Positions 1 through 10,448 of a stretch of DNA of 64,000 bases are shown here, in pieces. The notes below the pieces were generated by a model that worked only from the letters and a program-made list of their open reading frames with translations, did not search any database and was not told the origin of the DNA. Source of the DNA: an uncultured bacterium (GTDB lineage Bacteria > Zixibacteria > MSB-5A5 > CAIYYT01); NCBI GenBank assembly GCA_963726455.1, contig CAVSCK010000003.1, forward strand, positions 96,001-160,000, in the 5' to 3' direction. The stretch's first letter is position 1, and each line of letters opens with the position of its first letter. The translations under genes were made by a program, and so were the position numbers.

Positions 1-3000
1 AAGATATACGTGATCAAGTAGACGGCATCGGAGATGTCAATATTGCCCGAACAATCGGCATCGCCGGCAAGGAGCGGCACTGGAGCTGGCCCACCTGCAA
101 AGATGTAACCAATCACGTAGACCGCATCTGATATGTCTATCGAGTAGCCGCCATCGGCGTCGCCACAGACATAGACGTGAATTGAGAATAGTTTCTCACC
201 CGCACTGCCGGTAGCGTCCACCACGCGAGCAGTGAAGTTTATTGCACCGAGAGTCGGCGGTGTACCTGAAATGAGACCGCTAGAGCTAAGTGTCAGGCCG
301 GTACCGGCAAGATTATTGTTCTTGTCGGACCAGGTCTTTGCACCCGTGCCACCGTCACACGCAAGCTGTGCATAATAGATTCGGTTCTGTTTGCTGTCAG
401 GAATGCTGGCTGTGGAAACGGTTATAGCCGGATTGAGCATGAAGGAGAAGACTCGGGTTTTGACATCTCCAACCTGATCGCTGACCTGGGCGGTAAACGA
501 TATCTGACCGGAGACTGACGGTGTGCCCGACAGTGATCCGGCGGTCGAGAGTGTCAGACCGGTGCCGACGAGATTGCCGTTTAGGTCAGTCCAGACGCGG
601 GTTCCGGTGCCACCGGTCGCCAGCAACTGCTGGCTATATGGACGGCCAACGGTCCAATCGGGAACGCTAGAGGACGTAATCGAGACGGCAGGGTTAATAT
701 GGAAAGTAAGTGGTTTCTGGGAGGAACCACTGGCCTCATCTATAACCTTTGCGGTGAAAGTGATCGTACCGGTGCCAGAGGGAGTACCGGAAAGCAGACC
801 GGTGGACGAAAGCGAGAGACCGGTTCCGACCAGTGTGCCGGAAAAGTCTGACCAGGTCAGAATGCCGGTGCCGCCCGACGCCACCAACTGCTGCGAATAT
901 GGCACTCCGATCGTCCAATCGGGCAGAGAGTTGGTCGTGATCTGTAAGGAAGAACCGCATTGGTAGGCGGTCACCGTGAAGGCATCTATAGCGGCTTCAA
1001 CCACGGAGCCGGCGCCGAGATCGTCAGCCAGGAAACGCATCTTGATCTGACTGGTGGGGGTGACAAAATCGTTCACCCAGAAGGTGTGAACATTCCAGCC
1101 GCCGGAAGCTTGATCGGTCGGACCGACAGTTTCCACCAAAACCCAGCTGGCGCCACCATCATTGGAAATGTAGATCTTGAATGTGTCCTCGTATGGCGCC
1201 GCGCCGAAACTGTTGGAATACCAGCGCGCGTAGGAGATCTTCGCCAACCCGGCTGCGGACAGATCAAGCACGGGCGAATAGAGAGTCGTGGCGCCGCCAT
1301 CGACGTCGGAGTCGCCTCCGGCATTGCCGGTCAGGTAACACTGGCCGGAAGCATCGTAGTCACTTGTCGGGTCACCTCGAGATCCGCCCCCTGCCGGTAT
1401 GCCGCGTTCCCAGATACCATTTGTTGCGGTGCTGGATACGGTCCAACCGGTAGCTTCCTCGAAATTATCAGAGAAGGCAGTGACGCTGGACGCGGCTGAG
1501 ATTGCCGAGAACGGCTGCAACGGATCGGGGTCGTATTTAATACCCGAAGTCACCTCGTTGGCGCTGAAATAAAAGTTGATTCTGCTGTTGCAGCTAAGCG
1601 CGGGCAGCGTGGCAGTGTAGTGGCCGGGGAGGCCTTCGGTCATAACGTCGTTGACGTACGCATCGCCGTCAATCGAATAATGGATTCGACCACTGCCGGC
1701 AACCGGGACACCGCCCAGTGTGCCGGTAACCAGGACAGAAACTGGCGTGGTTTGGTTCGGGGTCACGATTGAAGGAACGCCACTGGGATAGCTGAAAGCA
1801 AGTGACGGTCCGGGGGTCGAAACACCAACGGCATTCCAGGCGTTGGCGACACTGTTTGTCCACGCACCGCCGGGATTAAGGTCGTTAGCGGCGGAAAGAG
1901 TTCCCAGTGCGGCCTGGTGGTAGTCTGTGGATGAAGTCCAGTAGAAGGCGTTGGCCCGGTAGGCAATTAGAATCGCATTGGCGGGACCAATTCCGCTGAC
2001 TGAGACGCCGTGGAAGAGACCGCCATCGGAAAGGAGGTAGTACCATTTGTTGCCTACGCCGCTATTGTTGTGAACGCCGCAGTAGTCATTCCAGGGGCTG
2101 GGAGAGCAATTGACAACGTCGGTCCAATAAGGATCGGACGGTCCGTAGTAGTCAGGGTTGCTGTAGAGATGGGGATCTGACATCGAACGGAACGGCACAC
2201 CTGTAGTTCTACCATTTTCGCCCATGCCCCAATCAGGGACATCCATCGTGTCATGCGCCCACTCAAAGGCGGCGCCCATCATGTCGGAGAAGGATTCGTT
2301 GAGAGCACCCGGCTCTTTTTCGTAAACGAGACCTGATTCATGCTCGGTGATTGCATGGCCCCACTCGTGGGCAATAACGTCAGGACAACCGGCAAGTGAG
2401 CGCCAACCGGAGGAGAAACTCCAGATAACGATACGCTGGCCGTCCCAGTAGGCGTTGTTGTCGCCTTCGGCGGAGTAGTTGACGACGGTCAACATTGATG
2501 CGCCAAGACCATCGTAGCCGTTGCGATTAAATACCTGCAGCCACCAGTCATAGCAGAGAGCAGAGTAAACCTGGCCGTCGACGGCGGGGGCTTGCGTGCT
2601 GGCGTTCCAAACGTTATCGGGGTCAACAGCTATGGAACCGGGAAGCGATGTTGTGGCAGTGTTGCATTGCAGATAGTTTCCTGCCGGCATCTGGCCGTTG
2701 TGGCCGTGAACATTATTGGTAGTCTGGCGAGTGTTATCTTTCATCTGATAACTGGCGCCGTTGAGATCGGTGTCGATATGATTGCGGGCGGCTCCCATGA
2801 CGCCGACACCGGTGCCAACCGCGGCGGAGTTCATGATGCGATTGGCTTTGTAAATTGATAGCGCCGTCGGTGGCGTTGACAAAGTATTCCCAACGTCCAT
2901 CGGGTGTGTCGGACGTGAGAAACATGCGCCAGGCGAGATAGTTCTTGCCCTCCCAGGGGAAGATGACCAACTCTGGTTCGTTAGGGTTGCCCTTGCCAAA

Positions 3001-3507
3001 GAAGGACACCAGATCGGCACTGGCCGCAGCGATTGCACCCTGCGAAGTCACCTGCGGTGTGGTTCCCAAATTGATCTCGGATTCAAAATGGCCGTTGACA
3101 GTCTTGAGAATGCCGTCGGCAGTGAAGTGAGCAATCAGTTCGCCACCGATTACCTTCAGGCCTTTGTAGCGCTGATCGAGGCGGACGTGTCTCATACCAA
3201 GATCATCCTGCTTGACGCTGCGAACATTGAGTTCTTCGGAAGCGTTGACTATGCGGAAGGCAGCGCGATTGGTCTGCAGGAAAGAGATGGCGGCTTGTGC
3301 CTCCTGACCAGCGGGAACCCGTGCCGAGAGTGTTCCCTCGACATACTGGGCGACGGCTTTTGAATCTTCGTTGTATACTTTGACCGCGGGATTGCCACGG
3401 AGTAGATTGGGGCCCCACACTTGCTCCTCGTTTTGAGCGGACAAAAGCTGGCCGGCCAAAAGGATGAGCATTCCAAGGATTAAAAATAACCCTCGCAGTG
3501 ACTTCAT
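1..3507 (-). CDS. Secreted M4 (thermolysin-family) zinc metallopeptidase with FTP/PepSY propeptide, three Ig-like repeats and C-terminal dockerin-type domain; one frameshift near 2855; 3' end runs off the window
   Basis: ATG at 3507 after GGAGGA RBS, signal peptide MKSLRGLFLIL. Propeptide motif DDLGMRHVRLDQRYKGLKV. My translation of the downstream frame gives NNAYWDG, DVIAHEWGHAITE, GALNESFSD and GVHNNSGVGN (M4 motifs), then open to base 1 ending CGDADGGYSIDISDAVY...GDADCSGNIDISDAVYLITYI. Confidence 0.9.
180..945 (-). repeat. Three tandem ~85-aa Ig-like (He_PIG-like) coding repeats inside the peptidase
   Basis: Repeated unit LPDWTIGVPYSQQLVASGGTG..W.D..G.LVGTGL.LSS.G.LSGTP....I.FTA.V.D occurs three times. 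Confidence 0.8.
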
Positions 3508-3593
3508 TATTCCTCCTAAGACGATAGAATTGGGCACTGTGGTACCTGTTGCAGTATGACCCGTTAGGGTGCGGAAATTATTTGCTCGGTAAC

Positions 3594-3621
3594 AAGTTAT
3601 GCGGAAAAACGCTTCTGTCAA
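3594..3621 (-). promoter_or_regulatory. Putative sigma70 promoter for the peptidase
   Basis: Minus-strand TTGACA-16 nt-TAACTT. Confidence 0.45.
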
Positions 3622-3680
3622 CGGCTTTTTGGCGGATTGTGAGGAGAATGGCTTGAAAGGGACAATTCTGGAGGAAATTC

Positions 3681-4325
3681 TTAGAATTTCAGACTCGCGA
3701 CGTAGGCCGGCATATCCGCCGCCTTGAACAGCGAACTGCCTGACACGAGGATATCAACCCCAGCCGACTTCGCGACAGGTGCGGATTCAAGATTAACGCC
3801 GCCGTCTATCGAGATCTCGTACTTGTTGCCGAGCTGTTCACGCCAACTGACGGCCGTAGCGACCTTGCCCAGCACGGAGGGAATGAATTTCTGGCCGCCG
3901 AAACCCGCGAAGACCGACATGACAAGGAACAAGTCGAGATGGCTGAATAGCGGACGGTAGTTCTCGATCAGCGCATCGGGATTAAGCGACATACCGGCCT
4001 TGACACCGCGCGCGCGAATCCTGTCTAACAGCGTCGGATCGGTCTTGATGACTTCGCCGTGCACGGTGAGGAAGTCGGCACCGGCGTCAATGTAGGTGTC
4101 GATGTATTTTTCAGGGTTGGATATCATCAGGTGGACATCCAGAGGCAGTTCCGAGATGCGGTTGATCTGTTCGACGATAAACGGGCCGATCGTGAGATTG
4201 GGAACGAAGTGGCCGTCCATGACATCGATGTGGAGACGGTCGACACCGGCCGCTTCGACCAGGCGAATTTGATCGGCCAGATGCAGGAAATCCGCGGACA
4301 AGAGCGAGGCGGCAACCAGGGTCAT
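3681..4325 (-). CDS. rpe: Ribulose-phosphate 3-epimerase
   Basis: SLLSADF, HIDVMDGHFVPNLTIG, DVHLM, MSV..GFGGQKF and IDGGV motifs. Confidence 0.96.
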   Translation of the reverse strand: MTLVAASLLSADFLHLADQIRLVEAAGVDRLHIDVMDGHFVPNLTIGPFIVEQINRISELPLDVHLMISNPEKYIDTYIDAGADFLTVHGEVIKTDPTLLDRIRARGVKAGMSLNPDALIENYRPLFSHLDLFLVMSVFAGFGGQKFIPSVLGKVATAVSWREQLGNKYEISIDGGVNLESAPVAKSAGVDILVSGSSLFKAADMPAYVASLKF

Positions 4326-4327
4326 GA

Positions 4328-5074
4328 TCAGTCAGTCTCCGAAATTACGAGCCGCACCGAATCACCGCGCGCCAGCGGCGCGTTGCGGGCGGGCAGTTGA
4401 TCGAGCACAGTGTTGGGCAGATACAGAGTATCCTTAACTTTCGAGATTTCAGAGATGCCGAGACTGAGGCCGTCCAGGAGGGCGCGAGCCCGGTCCAAAG
4501 GCATGCCGATCAATTGCGGCATGTAAACTGTGGCGCCTTCACCGCTTTGATTGACTGCCAGCGAGACTTTGCTTCCCAGCGGGAGCGGCGTGCCGCGCGT
4601 GGGGATGGATTCGATGACGGCATTCGCGGGCAAGGTGTCGGCGCGGCTGTAATAGGTTTCGCCCACAGCGAAACCGGCTTTCTGGAGAGTAAGAATCGCA
4701 TCCTGCAGGGGCAGTCCGCTGACATCGGGAACCTCGGCGACACGCACACCCGCGGAAATAACGACTTTTACGCTGCGGCCAGATTTCACGGGCATACCTG
4801 CCTCGGGGAGCTGGCTGAGAACTATGCCTTCGGGCCTGGATGCCGAGAATTCCCGGCCGGCAACTTGCAGGGTCAAGTCACGCTGCTGCAGTATTTGCTG
4901 TGCCTCAGACTCTGATTTCCCCACGATTTCAGGCAACGGAAATTCGCGGTTGTGGCGCGTGAAGACCGGCATGGCAATCAGGTCGAAGAGCAGGAACAGC
5001 AGCCACAGGGCAAGAACTGGAACAATAAAGTAAGTGAGAACCGGTTTCCAATATCTCTCAACTAGAGGCGACAT
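4328..5074 (-). CDS. Membrane-anchored protein with three PASTA domains and no kinase domain
   Basis: N-terminal TM helix, then repeats beginning LPEIVGKS / VPDVSGLP / MPQLIGMP with VLSQLP..G..V...V.VVIS-type ends. Confidence 0.88.
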   Translation of the reverse strand: MSPLVERYWKPVLTYFIVPVLALWLLFLLFDLIAMPVFTRHNREFPLPEIVGKSESEAQQILQQRDLTLQVAGREFSASRPEGIVLSQLPEAGMPVKSGRSVKVVISAGVRVAEVPDVSGLPLQDAILTLQKAGFAVGETYYSRADTLPANAVIESIPTRGTPLPLGSKVSLAVNQSGEGATVYMPQLIGMPLDRARALLDGLSLGISEISKVKDTLYLPNTVLDQLPARNAPLARGDSVRLVISETD

Positions 5075-5091
5075 CTGTCAGGCAGCGACTG

Positions 5092-6444
5092 TTATTGTTT
5101 CCGTCTTAGGCAGGCGGCAAAAAGATTGTCGAAATACTTGAGTCCCGGATAAGTGCGCAGCAGAAGATCCTCGCCGATAACATCCTTGTGCTTGAACCAT
5201 TCGGGAGCGACTAATTCAAAATCAGGATGTTCGTTGAGGAAGCGTTCGATGACGTAATCATTCTCGGCGCGCAACACAGAGCAGGTGGAATAGACGAGGA
5301 CGCCGTCCGGCGCCAAAAGGCGCGCGGCATTAGCGAGCAAGCTGCACTGAAGCACGGCGAAGCGGCCCACATCTTCCGGCGTGGTTATCCAACGGCCTTC
5401 AGGAAATTTGCGGAAAACACCACTTCCCGAACAAGGCGCGTCAACGAGAATCTTGTTATACTGGCCTGAGCCGAATTTTATGCCATCACTCTGGACTGTC
5501 AGAACATTTTCAATTACCAGCCGCCGGAGATTATCGCGGAGCAGATTCAGCCGCGTTTCGGATACGTCGACGGCAGTGACTTTGCCTTCCGGACCGACGC
5601 GTGCGGCGATATCGGTAGTTTTTCCACCGGGCGCGGCGCAAAGGTCAAGGACAGTATCGTTGGGCTGTGGATTGAGCAATTCGACAACCAAACCGCAGGC
5701 CTCGTTCTGGATGATGAACTTGCCGGAGTCGAAGCCGGGCAGTTGCGTCGGATTGGAGTCAGAAATGATATGGATGAAGTTCTTCAGGAACTTCCCCTGC
5801 TTGAAACGAATATTCATCTTCTGGAGCTTGGCAAGATACTGCTTGATGAATTCGGCGTCGTCCACAAGTCGAATCTGCAGCGGCTGCGGCTCATTGCCGT
5901 TGCGCAGGTATTTCTCGACCACCGGCTCGGGGAAGTAGTTCATAAGTTCCTTTACGAACCAGATCGGATAAGAATAGTACTGCGTCAGGTAGTTGAGCAT
6001 GTCAACACGCAGTTCTTCGAAGGTCAGCGTGGCAATATTCTGCGCAATGTTCTTGAGCACCGCGTTGACCATCGCCTCGGCGCCGGGGGTAAACTTTTTG
6101 GCCAAATTGACAGTCTCGTTCACGGCGGCGTAATGCGGTATGTTGCACTCCGGCAAGAGCTGGAAGCAGCCGAGCCGCAGAATTGTGATCAGCGAATCGG
6201 AATGTGAGGTTAGTTTCTTGCGCAGATACTTGGACAGAATAAGGTCAAGCCGCTTCTGCATTTTGATCGTGCCGGAGACCAGATAGATAGCCAGATTGAG
6301 ATCGAAGCGACCTCGGAAATTCGTCTGTTTGAGATTGGCGAACTCATTCTGGAAAGTGTCGGGGTCGCGTCGGGCCAGCATCAGGACGCGATAGGCCTCT
6401 TCACGCGGGGTTACCGGCTGCTGCTGCGGTTGAGTATCGGGCAT
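5092..6444 (-). CDS. rsmB: 16S rRNA m5C967 methyltransferase (Sun/RsmB)
   Basis: NusB-like N-terminus (AAVNETVNLAK, VNAVL); VLDLCAAPGGKT, LVDAPCSG and YSTCS motifs. Confidence 0.92.
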   Translation of the reverse strand: MPDTQPQQQPVTPREEAYRVLMLARRDPDTFQNEFANLKQTNFRGRFDLNLAIYLVSGTIKMQKRLDLILSKYLRKKLTSHSDSLITILRLGCFQLLPECNIPHYAAVNETVNLAKKFTPGAEAMVNAVLKNIAQNIATLTFEELRVDMLNYLTQYYSYPIWFVKELMNYFPEPVVEKYLRNGNEPQPLQIRLVDDAEFIKQYLAKLQKMNIRFKQGKFLKNFIHIISDSNPTQLPGFDSGKFIIQNEACGLVVELLNPQPNDTVLDLCAAPGGKTTDIAARVGPEGKVTAVDVSETRLNLLRDNLRRLVIENVLTVQSDGIKFGSGQYNKILVDAPCSGSGVFRKFPEGRWITTPEDVGRFAVLQCSLLANAARLLAPDGVLVYSTCSVLRAENDYVIERFLNEHPDFELVAPEWFKHKDVIGEDLLLRTYPGLKYFDNLFAACLRRKQ

Positions 6445-9011
6445 CAGTCTACCTCAAAAGGTGTCAGGCGTCTGCCGGCAACATCGACGAGGAGTTGCGT
6501 ACGGCAAACCCGCATGGGCAACAATGTCTGCGGCGACAGGTGAAAGCATTGCCCCAAAATCTCTTCGGGTTTAACGAACCCGAGATTGCCCATTGCCAAT
6601 TCCATATATATGATATTTATGCCTTCGGACAAGCGAAGTTCGATTTTCATAACAGATTTTCTGATATCGGTTTCCACGGTATTTTCGGCCTTCGTTCTGC
6701 TTATCAGAATCGTATCTTGAGCCAGAAGTTCCTCCACCATCTCAGATGTAATAATCGCTGGGTCGGCCAACGTCACTTCATAACAGGCGACATTAACCAG
6801 ACTTGATAGCGAGCTTGCTTTGCCGAGGATTGTTTTCCCCTTGCTGATCTTGAATCCGGGCGGCAACGCTTGATTCAATTTTGGAAGCATCTCCTGTTGA
6901 AAAGGTGTTTCCAATTGCACGTCAAGATACTCTGCCTGAGATGTATATCCAAGCGTCAAAGGGGGCCCGAAAGCAAGTTTTTGCCGGGGATGAACTCCCT
7001 GGGTATAGCCAACCGGCAGGTCAGCACGGCGGATAGCCCTCTCAAAAACGCGCATAGTAGCCAGATGCCCGACGAAACGGGCCGGTTCCTCTTTTGACCA
7101 ATTTAATCTCAAACGACTGCGCGGCACCACCATGCTGATGGCCTCGGCTTTGCGCTTCGGCTTACGGCCGAAAGAGCCCGCGGACGAAAGCACCGGAGCC
7201 AGAATTTGATCGGCAAGTTCGGGCTTCAGCATAATCAAGTCGCCGAGTTTGAAGCCGCCGGAAGTTCTCGCCGGCGCTTCGATGCGCAAGGATTCCTGCA
7301 TCTCCCGCGCCAGTTGGGCGCGACCTGCGCTCTTCTCGATGTGATCCCAGGGGAGGAGTTGGTTGAGTTCGCGGCGACAGGTGGCCGCGCCCATCTGCAA
7401 TCCGACTTCCGCAAAAGCCGACTGCCAGCGCACAAAATCAAAGTGCTCGGCAGACTTGTCGAACCGACAGCCAAGTTCAAACGCTCTCTGGATGGCGCGG
7501 CCTGTGCGGCGGTCGCCTCTGGCAATAGCACCCTCAAGATAGGCCGGTTCGGCGGTGACGTGGCTCACCTGGATGTTTCGGCCACGCAGGCGGCGGCGCA
7601 AATAGTCGACGCGACTCAAATAGTCGTCGATGGTTAGCTGCGGCTCCCATTGCCAGTGAGTGTGGGCCTTAGGAATAAAGGGAGACAAAGCAACCTGAAA
7701 CGATGCCTTACCACCATATTCGTTTGAAATTTCGAGGCAGTTGCGTACCACAGCGACTATTTCGTCAATGTCTGCCTGAGATTCGGCCGGCAGACCTACG
7801 GTAAAATATAGCTTCAACGTCTGCCAACCGGCTCCGATGGCGTTGGCGACGACCTGATAGAATTCGTCGATAGAGAGAAACCTCCCCATGACTTCGCGCA
7901 GGCGGTCGCTGCCGCTTTCCAACAGGAACGAGAGGTTGGGTTTGCCACAGGCCGCCGAGAGTTTTCTGACCGCTTCGAGAGTACGCAAACTGGGTTTCAA
8001 GGGCGGCAAATTGACCCGCACCTGTTTGTCGCGGAGTCGTTCCGAGAGCGCCTCGACGAGTTGGTCAAAGTGCCGGTAGTCCGACGAACAGTTGGCCAAG
8101 AGACTAAGTTCGCTGAATCCGGTGAGACTCAAGACGCGCTGGATGTCATTTGCCAATTCAACGGCGTTCTTTCCCGTCGAGCCAGTGATTGCCGGACAGA
8201 ACCTACAGTTGTGGCCTGCGCCCGGCACCAGTGGTACTGCCAGATGGTCGTGGCTGATTTCCTCAAACGGGACGATCGGCATTTCCAGGTCCGACTTGGA
8301 GCTTGGCTGAGTCACTGCGCCGGCAACATGAGCGGGTGGAGCATCATCCGTCTTCACCACTTCCGTCAACTTGTCGCCTTCGTAATGCGCTTCATAGAAA
8401 CGCGGGACATAGATGCCTTTGATCTGTGACAGCTTGCGGAGCAGTTCCGCACGGGAAGCAGCGGCGAGCTTATTTATGGTCTCAATCATCATTGTTGAGA
8501 CGGCATCGAAATCGGCGAGAATTACGAAGTCGACAAAATCGGCAATCGGTTCGGGGTTGAAACAGGGCGGCACGAGAGCGCCGACCAGCGGCGCAGAATC
8601 ATTCCGGTCTCTGCCGCAGAGTTCGAGGTGAGCCAAGTCAAGAATGTTCAGGAAATTTGTCAGGCAGAGTTCGCCGGGAATCAGGGCCAGGATCAAATCA
8701 AAGTCGGCGACAGGACTGAATGATTCCATCGAGAACAAGGGCAGGCGTTTGTCGCGCAAGATCTGCTCGGCGTCGGAGTCGGGCGCAAATACGCGCTCAC
8801 AAGCGGCTGATTCGGCAGCGTTCATTCCCCGGTAGGCAGCATGCAATGCCGTGCTGCTCATGCCCTGATCGTAAGAGTCGCAATACGCGAGAGCGATGTG
8901 GATGCTAACTTGGCCAGATTTGTGGACAGAGCCCAACTCGCTACCGACGTAGCGTGCCGGTCGGTTGATAAAGGGGAAGAAACCTGTTTCCAGCAGGGAC
9001 TTAAGACTCAT
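6444..9011 (-). CDS. TIGR03960-like radical-SAM domain fused to TIGR03936/DUF2344 domain; Fe-S motif degenerate (AxxxCxxC)
   Basis: Likely start MSLKSLL at 9011. Motifs RPARYVGSELG, YDQGMS, CERVFAP, NPEPIADFVD, YVPRFY, KLYF.VGLP, FIPKAHT..QW, LPWDHI; C-terminal RFVGHL...RAIRRADLPVGYTQG.HPR..LAFGPPL..G..S.AEY. Cys motif reads PGAGHNCRFC. Confidence 0.85.
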   Translation of the reverse strand: MSLKSLLETGFFPFINRPARYVGSELGSVHKSGQVSIHIALAYCDSYDQGMSSTALHAAYRGMNAAESAACERVFAPDSDAEQILRDKRLPLFSMESFSPVADFDLILALIPGELCLTNFLNILDLAHLELCGRDRNDSAPLVGALVPPCFNPEPIADFVDFVILADFDAVSTMMIETINKLAAASRAELLRKLSQIKGIYVPRFYEAHYEGDKLTEVVKTDDAPPAHVAGAVTQPSSKSDLEMPIVPFEEISHDHLAVPLVPGAGHNCRFCPAITGSTGKNAVELANDIQRVLSLTGFSELSLLANCSSDYRHFDQLVEALSERLRDKQVRVNLPPLKPSLRTLEAVRKLSAACGKPNLSFLLESGSDRLREVMGRFLSIDEFYQVVANAIGAGWQTLKLYFTVGLPAESQADIDEIVAVVRNCLEISNEYGGKASFQVALSPFIPKAHTHWQWEPQLTIDDYLSRVDYLRRRLRGRNIQVSHVTAEPAYLEGAIARGDRRTGRAIQRAFELGCRFDKSAEHFDFVRWQSAFAEVGLQMGAATCRRELNQLLPWDHIEKSAGRAQLAREMQESLRIEAPARTSGGFKLGDLIMLKPELADQILAPVLSSAGSFGRKPKRKAEAISMVVPRSRLRLNWSKEEPARFVGHLATMRVFERAIRRADLPVGYTQGVHPRQKLAFGPPLTLGYTSQAEYLDVQLETPFQQEMLPKLNQALPPGFKISKGKTILGKASSLSSLVNVACYEVTLADPAIITSEMVEELLAQDTILISRTKAENTVETDIRKSVMKIELRLSEGINIIYMELAMGNLGFVKPEEILGQCFHLSPQTLLPMRVCRTQLLVDVAGRRLTPFEVD

Positions 9012-9087
9012 GCCAGACACACCAACCCCAAAGTCGGGGGATTGAACCCCGATTGAACGTACTTGATCAAATCCCGTTGTAAGGGAC

Positions 9088-9279
9088 CTATCCCAAAATA
9101 GCTTTTTCGTTACACTTACAGATTTCGACGATCTTATCCTTGAACTTCCAGGATTTCTTGTCACTGGAATAAGCAGGATCAACCATCCGCACGGCGTCGA
9201 TGGCGGAATTGCAGATCGGACAAATCTTTACGTGTGCCTTCTTGCTGGCTTTATCGGCGAATGACTGCCTTTTTGCCAT
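9088..9279 (-). CDS. 63-aa basic protein with CxxC...CxC, DUF4295/bL38-like
   Basis: AGGAGG RBS and near-consensus promoter; sequence MAKRQSFADKASKK...CPIC...VRMVDP...SWKFKDKIVEICKC. Family resemblance is from recall. Confidence 0.7.
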   Translation of the reverse strand: MAKRQSFADKASKKAHVKICPICNSAIDAVRMVDPAYSSDKKSWKFKDKIVEICKCNEKAILG

Positions 9280-9311
9280 GTTATGGTCCTCCTAGAAAAA
9301 TACCAGCCTTA

Positions 9312-9339
9312 AGTATACGAAAGTTACCGGCCAAGTCAA
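9312..9339 (-). promoter_or_regulatory. sigma70 promoter for the small-protein / radical SAM / rsmB / PASTA / rpe run
   Basis: Minus-strand TTGACT-16 nt-TATACT. Confidence 0.65.
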
Positions 9340-9407
9340 GCAAGTATGTATCGGTACCGGGGAAAATATGTGTTGAAATTCAGGTTCTCAAGCCCAAGCG
9401 GCACAGT

Positions 9408-10445
9408 CTATTCAGAGATTCCGAGCTTCTTTTTCAGATCCTCGACGTCCGCTTGCAGCTTCTTGACCAACTCCATTCGCTGTGGCAAACGGTGAACGGC
9501 GGCCTCGATTCGCTTGAAATCCATGAATTCGCGCGCCGGCGAACCCGCGTAAATCTTTCCGCCGTCAAGCGATTTGGGCACACCTGCCTGAGCGATTACT
9601 ACGGCGTGGTCGCCAATCTCGATGTGACCGATCAGACCGACTTGTCCCGCCAGGGTCACATACTCGCCGAGTTTCGTGGAGCCAGAGATGCCAACTTGCG
9701 AGATGATAATGCAGCGACGGCCAATTATGACGTTATGGGCGACCTGAACGAGGTTGTCAATTTTGGTGCCCTCCCCTATCACGGTCTCGGACAGGGCAGC
9801 ACGATCGACCGAACAGTTCGAACCGATTTCGACATTGTCCTCAATACGCACGATACCGACCTGATAGATTTTGTGATGCACTCCGTCGTGCAACGCATAG
9901 CCAAAACCGTCGGAGCCGATGACAGTACCGGCATGAATTGCCACGTTGTTACCGAGGATACAGCGGTCGTAGATTGTGACGTTGGGATAGAGCAGGCAAT
10001 CGGAACCGACAGTAACACCCGCACCGATGGTCACGCCCTTCATGATTTTGGTGTTGTCGCCGATGACGGCGCCATCTCCCACCTCGACGAAGTTGCCGAT
10101 GTGAACATTCGCGCCGATCTTGGCAGAGGGTGAGATGACAGCGGTTTCGGCGATACCGGGTTTGAGGTGGCTGCCCGGTTTTGGGAAAAAGAGTGTCAGC
10201 GCCTGGGAAAAGGCGAAATAGGGATCAGGATGGATCAGCAGATTTACGCGCGGCGACTCCGGAGCTTTGCCGATGATAACGGCGCCCGCCTTGGTAGTAT
10301 TGAGATAATGGGCATAGTGCGGGTTGGCGACAAATGCCATTTCGGTGGAATCGGCATTTTCGATCGTATTGAGACGGCGAATATCGACATCGCCATCTCC
10401 GATAAGGTTAGCCCCGAGCCGTTCGGCTATTTCCTTTAGTTTCAT
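9408..10445 (-). CDS. lpxD: UDP-3-O-(3-hydroxyacyl)glucosamine N-acyltransferase
   Basis: Hexapeptide repeats; VIGSDGFGY, IEDNVEIG.N.SVDR, TKIDNLVQVAHNV. Confidence 0.95.
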   Translation of the reverse strand: MKLKEIAERLGANLIGDGDVDIRRLNTIENADSTEMAFVANPHYAHYLNTTKAGAVIIGKAPESPRVNLLIHPDPYFAFSQALTLFFPKPGSHLKPGIAETAVISPSAKIGANVHIGNFVEVGDGAVIGDNTKIMKGVTIGAGVTVGSDCLLYPNVTIYDRCILGNNVAIHAGTVIGSDGFGYALHDGVHHKIYQVGIVRIEDNVEIGSNCSVDRAALSETVIGEGTKIDNLVQVAHNVIIGRRCIIISQVGISGSTKLGEYVTLAGQVGLIGHIEIGDHAVVIAQAGVPKSLDGGKIYAGSPAREFMDFKRIEAAVHRLPQRMELVKKLQADVEDLKKKLGISE

Positions 10446-10448
10446 CCC

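Noticed and set aside
9012-9182. N-terminal extension of the radical-SAM ORF
   Set aside because: Overlaps the 63-aa gene; family similarity begins after Met at 9011.
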